Assembly: GCA_964036045.1 (NCBI GenBank)
Contig: OZ038378.1
Coordinates: forward strand, 175,522,001 to 175,586,000
Direction: 5' to 3'
DNA length: 64,000 bases
Source: Eutreptiella sp. 'Long Island Sound 2002'
Taxonomy: Eukaryota > Protista > Euglenida
Position 1 is the first letter of the stretch. Each line of letters starts with the position of its first letter. A program made the translations under genes and the position numbers. The notes under the pieces are model-generated. The model saw only the letters and a list, made by a program, of their open reading frames with translations, made no database searches and was not told the DNA's origin. Below are positions 60,975-64,000 of this stretch, in pieces.

Positions 60975-63175
60975 CGGTGTCTTGGGCCACTTGGCTCCTG
61001 CTCACCGGTGTGCCTGCTCGGTGTGTTGTTTTGCGTGTGCGGTGTCCTGGGCCACTTGGCTCCTGTTCACCGGTGTGCCCGCTTGGTGCGTTGCGTTGCG
61101 CGTGCGGTGTCCTGGGCCACTTGGCTCCTGTTCACCGGTGTGCCCGCTCGGTGTGTTGTGTTGCGTCTGCGGTGTCCTGGGCCACTTGGCTCCTGTTCAC
61201 CGGTGTGCCCGCTTGGTACGTTGTACTGTTTGTGCGGTGTCCCGGGCCTCTTCGCTCCTGTTCACCGGTGTGCCCGCACGGTACGTTGCTTTGCGTGTGC
61301 GGTGTCCTGGGCCACTTGGCTCCTGTTCACCGGTGTGCTCGCTCGGTGTGTTGTGTTGCGTGTGCGGTGTCCCGGGCCACTTGGCTCCTGTTCGCCGGTG
61401 TGCCCGCTCGGTGCGTTGTTCTGTTTGTGCGGTGTCTTGGGCCACTTGGCTCCTGTTCACCGGTGTGCCCGCTCGGTGCGTTGCTTTGCGTGTGTGGTGT
61501 CCTGGGCCACTTGGCTCCTGTTCACCGGTGTGCCCGCTCGGTCTGTTGTGTTGCGTGTGCGGCGTCCTGGGCCACTTGGCTCCTGTTTACCGCTGTGCCC
61601 GCACGGTGCGTTGCTTTGCGTGTGCGGTGTCGTGGGCCACTTGGCTCCTGCTCACCGGTGTGCCCGCACGGTGTGTTGTTTTGCTTGTGCGGTGTCCTGG
61701 GCCACTTGGCTCCTGTTCACCGGTGTGCCCGCTTGGTGCGTTGCTTTGCGTGTGCGGTGTCCTTGGCCACTTGGCTCCTGCTCACCGGTGTGCCCGCACG
61801 GTGTGTTGTTTTGCTTGTGCGGTGTCCTGGGCCACTTGGCTCCTGTTCACCGGTGTGCCCGCTTGGTGCGTTGCTTTGCGTGTGCGGTGTCTTGGGCCAC
61901 TTGGCTCTTGTTCACCGGTGTGCCCGCTTGGTGCGTTGCTTTGCGTGTGCGGTGTCCTGGGCCACTTGGCTCTTGTTCACCGGTGTGCCCGCTGGGTGTG
62001 TTGTGTTGCGTGTGCGGTGTCCTGGGCCACTTGGCTCCTGTTCAGCGGCGTGCCTGCTTGGTACGTTGCTTTGCGTGTGCGGTTACCTGGGCCACTTGGC
62101 TCCTGTTCACTGGTGTGCCCGCATGGTGTGTTGTTTTGCTTGTGCGGTGTCCTGGGCCACTTGGCTCTTGTTCACCGGTGTGCCCGCTTGGTACGTTGCT
62201 TTGCGTGTGCGGTTACCTGGGCCACTTGGCTCCTGTTCACCGGTGTGCCCGCACGGTGTGTTGTTTTGCTTGTGCGGTGTCCTGGGCTACTTGGCTCCTG
62301 TTCAGCGGCGTGCCTGCTTGGTACGTTGCTTTGCGTGTGCGGTGTCCTTGGCCACTTGGCTCCTGTTCACCGGTGTGCCCGCTCGGCGCGTTGTTTTGCT
62401 TGTGCGGTGTCCTGGGCCACTTGGCTCTTGTCCACCGGTGTGCCCGCTCGGTGCGTGGCCTGTGTGTGCGGCGTTCGGGGCCACTTGGCTCCTGTTCACC
62501 GGTGTGCCCGCTCGGTGTGTTGTGTTGCGTGTGCGGTGTCCTGGGCCACTTGGCTCCTGTTCACCGGTGTGCCCGCTTGGATCGTTGCTTTGCGTGTGCG
62601 GTGTCCTGGGCCAGTTGGCTCCTGTTCACCGGTGTGCCCGCTCGGTGTGTTTTTTTGCTTGTGCGGTGTCCTGGGCCACTTGGCTCCTGTTCACCGGTGT
62701 GCCTGCACGGTGCGTTGCTTTGCTTGTGCGGTGTCCTGGGCCACTTGGCTCCTGTTCGCCGGTGTGCCCGCTTGGTGCGTCGTTTTGCGTGTGCGGCGTT
62801 CTGGGCCCCTTGGCTCCTGTTCACCGGTGTGCCCGCTCGGTGTGTTGTGTTGCGTGTGCGGTGTCCTGGGCCACTTGGCTCCTGTTCACCGGTGTGCCCG
62901 CTTGGTACGTTGCTTTGCGTGTGCGGTGTCCTGGGCCACTTGGCTCCTGTTCACCGATGTGCCCGCTCGGTGTGTTGCTTTGCTTGTGCGGCGTTCTGGG
63001 CCACTTGGCTCCTGTTCACCGGTGTGCCCGCTCAGTGTGTTGTGTTGCATGTGCGGTGTCCTGGGCCCCTTGGCTCTTGTTCACCGGTGCGCTCGCCCGT
63101 TGTGCTGTGCGGTGTCCTGGGCCACTTGGCTCCTGTTCACTGGTGTGCTCGCCTGGTGTGTTGTGCTGTTGGTTG
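60975..63175. repeat. 65-bp tandem satellite, about 33-34 copies
   Basis: Unit gtgtcctgggccacttggctcctgttcaccggtgtgcccgctcggtgtgttgtgttgcgtgtgcg. Consecutive starts at 61042 and 61107. Confidence 0.98.
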
Positions 63176-63207
63176 CGTGTGCGGGGCGTCGCTGCGGGGC
63201 GCTCACT

Positions 63208-63293
63208 CGTCCATCCGGACGGCGGCTGTTCGTAGCCGGCAGCGGCTGGGTACCCTCCGGGCGCACACGCGTCCATCCGGACGGCGGCTGTTC
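63208..63293. repeat. 24-bp direct repeat containing a 5-bp hairpin, closing the satellite
   Basis: cgtccatccggacggcggctgttc at 63208-63231 and 63270-63293. Confidence 0.9.
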
Positions 63294-64000
63294 CTAAAAA
63301 CTACTCGTAAATGAGGTCTCGTATTTGAGTTTTGCGGCCACGAGCTGTTAATCGATGTGGACAATCCTTATGAAGGGCGCGGCATGATTGGGCCCGATCG
63401 GTGCCACCTATGTGGTCAAATTCTTCATTTCACATAACTATCTGTTTATATTTCCGTCATGTTGCTTATGTATCCTTTTACTTTGTCTCCAAACTTTGTG
63501 AGTGCTTCTTCGGATTGCATTCCTTGATTGATCGATAGGTAGTGGATGCTGAATGCCAAGATTTCCATATATAAGAATGGAAGGCAAGGCCCTCTCTCGA
63601 TGCAGGTCGGACTTCCGTGGAAGGAGATGGTTTTTTCGAAACCCGTACTGAGAAATTTGAGGTGTCAGCTAAGGAATTGGGAGGCTAGAACAATTTTTGG
63701 TTTCCTTTTTTGCACATGACGGTTTCCCGCCCAAATCATTCACAAATGCGGCCAACTGTCCGAAGTACTGCCCTACTTACGTCATTTACATGCTCATATA
63801 TCAAGCCTTCTGATTTTCTTGTGCAATAGGGTGAAAAGTCAAAAGCATTTCGGCATCTTTTTCTTGAAAATATACAACCCAAGTTTTTTGTGCCTTTTCT
63901 CTCCTAAAAAAATTTCCAAACAGACATATTTCCTAAAAACAGTTCTGCAAATGCAACCTGCACATACACACTGCAACCCGCAATACAACAAAGCGATGTC

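Noticed and set aside
60975-63175. CRISPR array (conserved ~41-bp part plus variable ~24-bp part)
   Set aside because: The variable parts are near-identical variants of one sequence, not unique spacers. No cas genes, and the context is eukaryotic.
60520-63314. Three 807-925 aa Cys-rich ORFs
   Set aside because: They are a by-product of an A-poor 65-bp satellite. All three frames are open and give the same rotated repeat, with no unique domain.
1-64000. rRNA, tRNA, spliced-leader RNA genes or telomeric repeats
   Set aside because: None recognised by eye. A covariance-model scan (tRNAscan-SE, Infernal/Rfam) would be needed to exclude small RNAs.

Overview
Repeat-rich, gene-sparse eukaryotic nuclear DNA, not prokaryotic. 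It has large GT-AG introns, long (CA/GT)n and poly-G/C tracts, and many decayed transposons. A euglenozoan (euglenid-like) protist is my best guess, but this is inference only. Five credible protein genes, all on the + strand: (1) an intronless helical-repeat/RAP-domain protein (17593-19233); (2) a three-exon YbeY endoribonuclease with an organelle-targeting-like N-terminus (28600-33617); (3) a Pro/Arg-Ser-rich low-complexity protein (40597-41778 plus 43534-43782); (4) an intronless uncharacterised 509-aa protein (49168-50697); (5) a 135-aa C2HC (UBZ-spacing) zinc-finger protein (55872-56279). Mobile DNA: a disrupted L1-like retrotransposon with RT, CCHC finger and cellular-type RNase H (1-3380) and a second decayed RNase H relic of similar type (about 59 kb); a Ty3/gypsy-type integrase core whose two halves lie on opposite strands (21.4 and 24.3 kb); two TIR elements of one family, one carrying an extra ~220-bp ORF-like insert; and two elements bounded by a 22-bp direct repeat that share arms but have different cores. 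Tandem arrays have 65-bp, ~137-bp, 41-bp and ~55-bp units. No rRNA, tRNA or CRISPR array was found. I could not establish a clearly new biological system. The best leads are the 22-bp-repeat cassettes, the RAP/YbeY pair, the RNase H-bearing LINE family and the 509-aa orphan.
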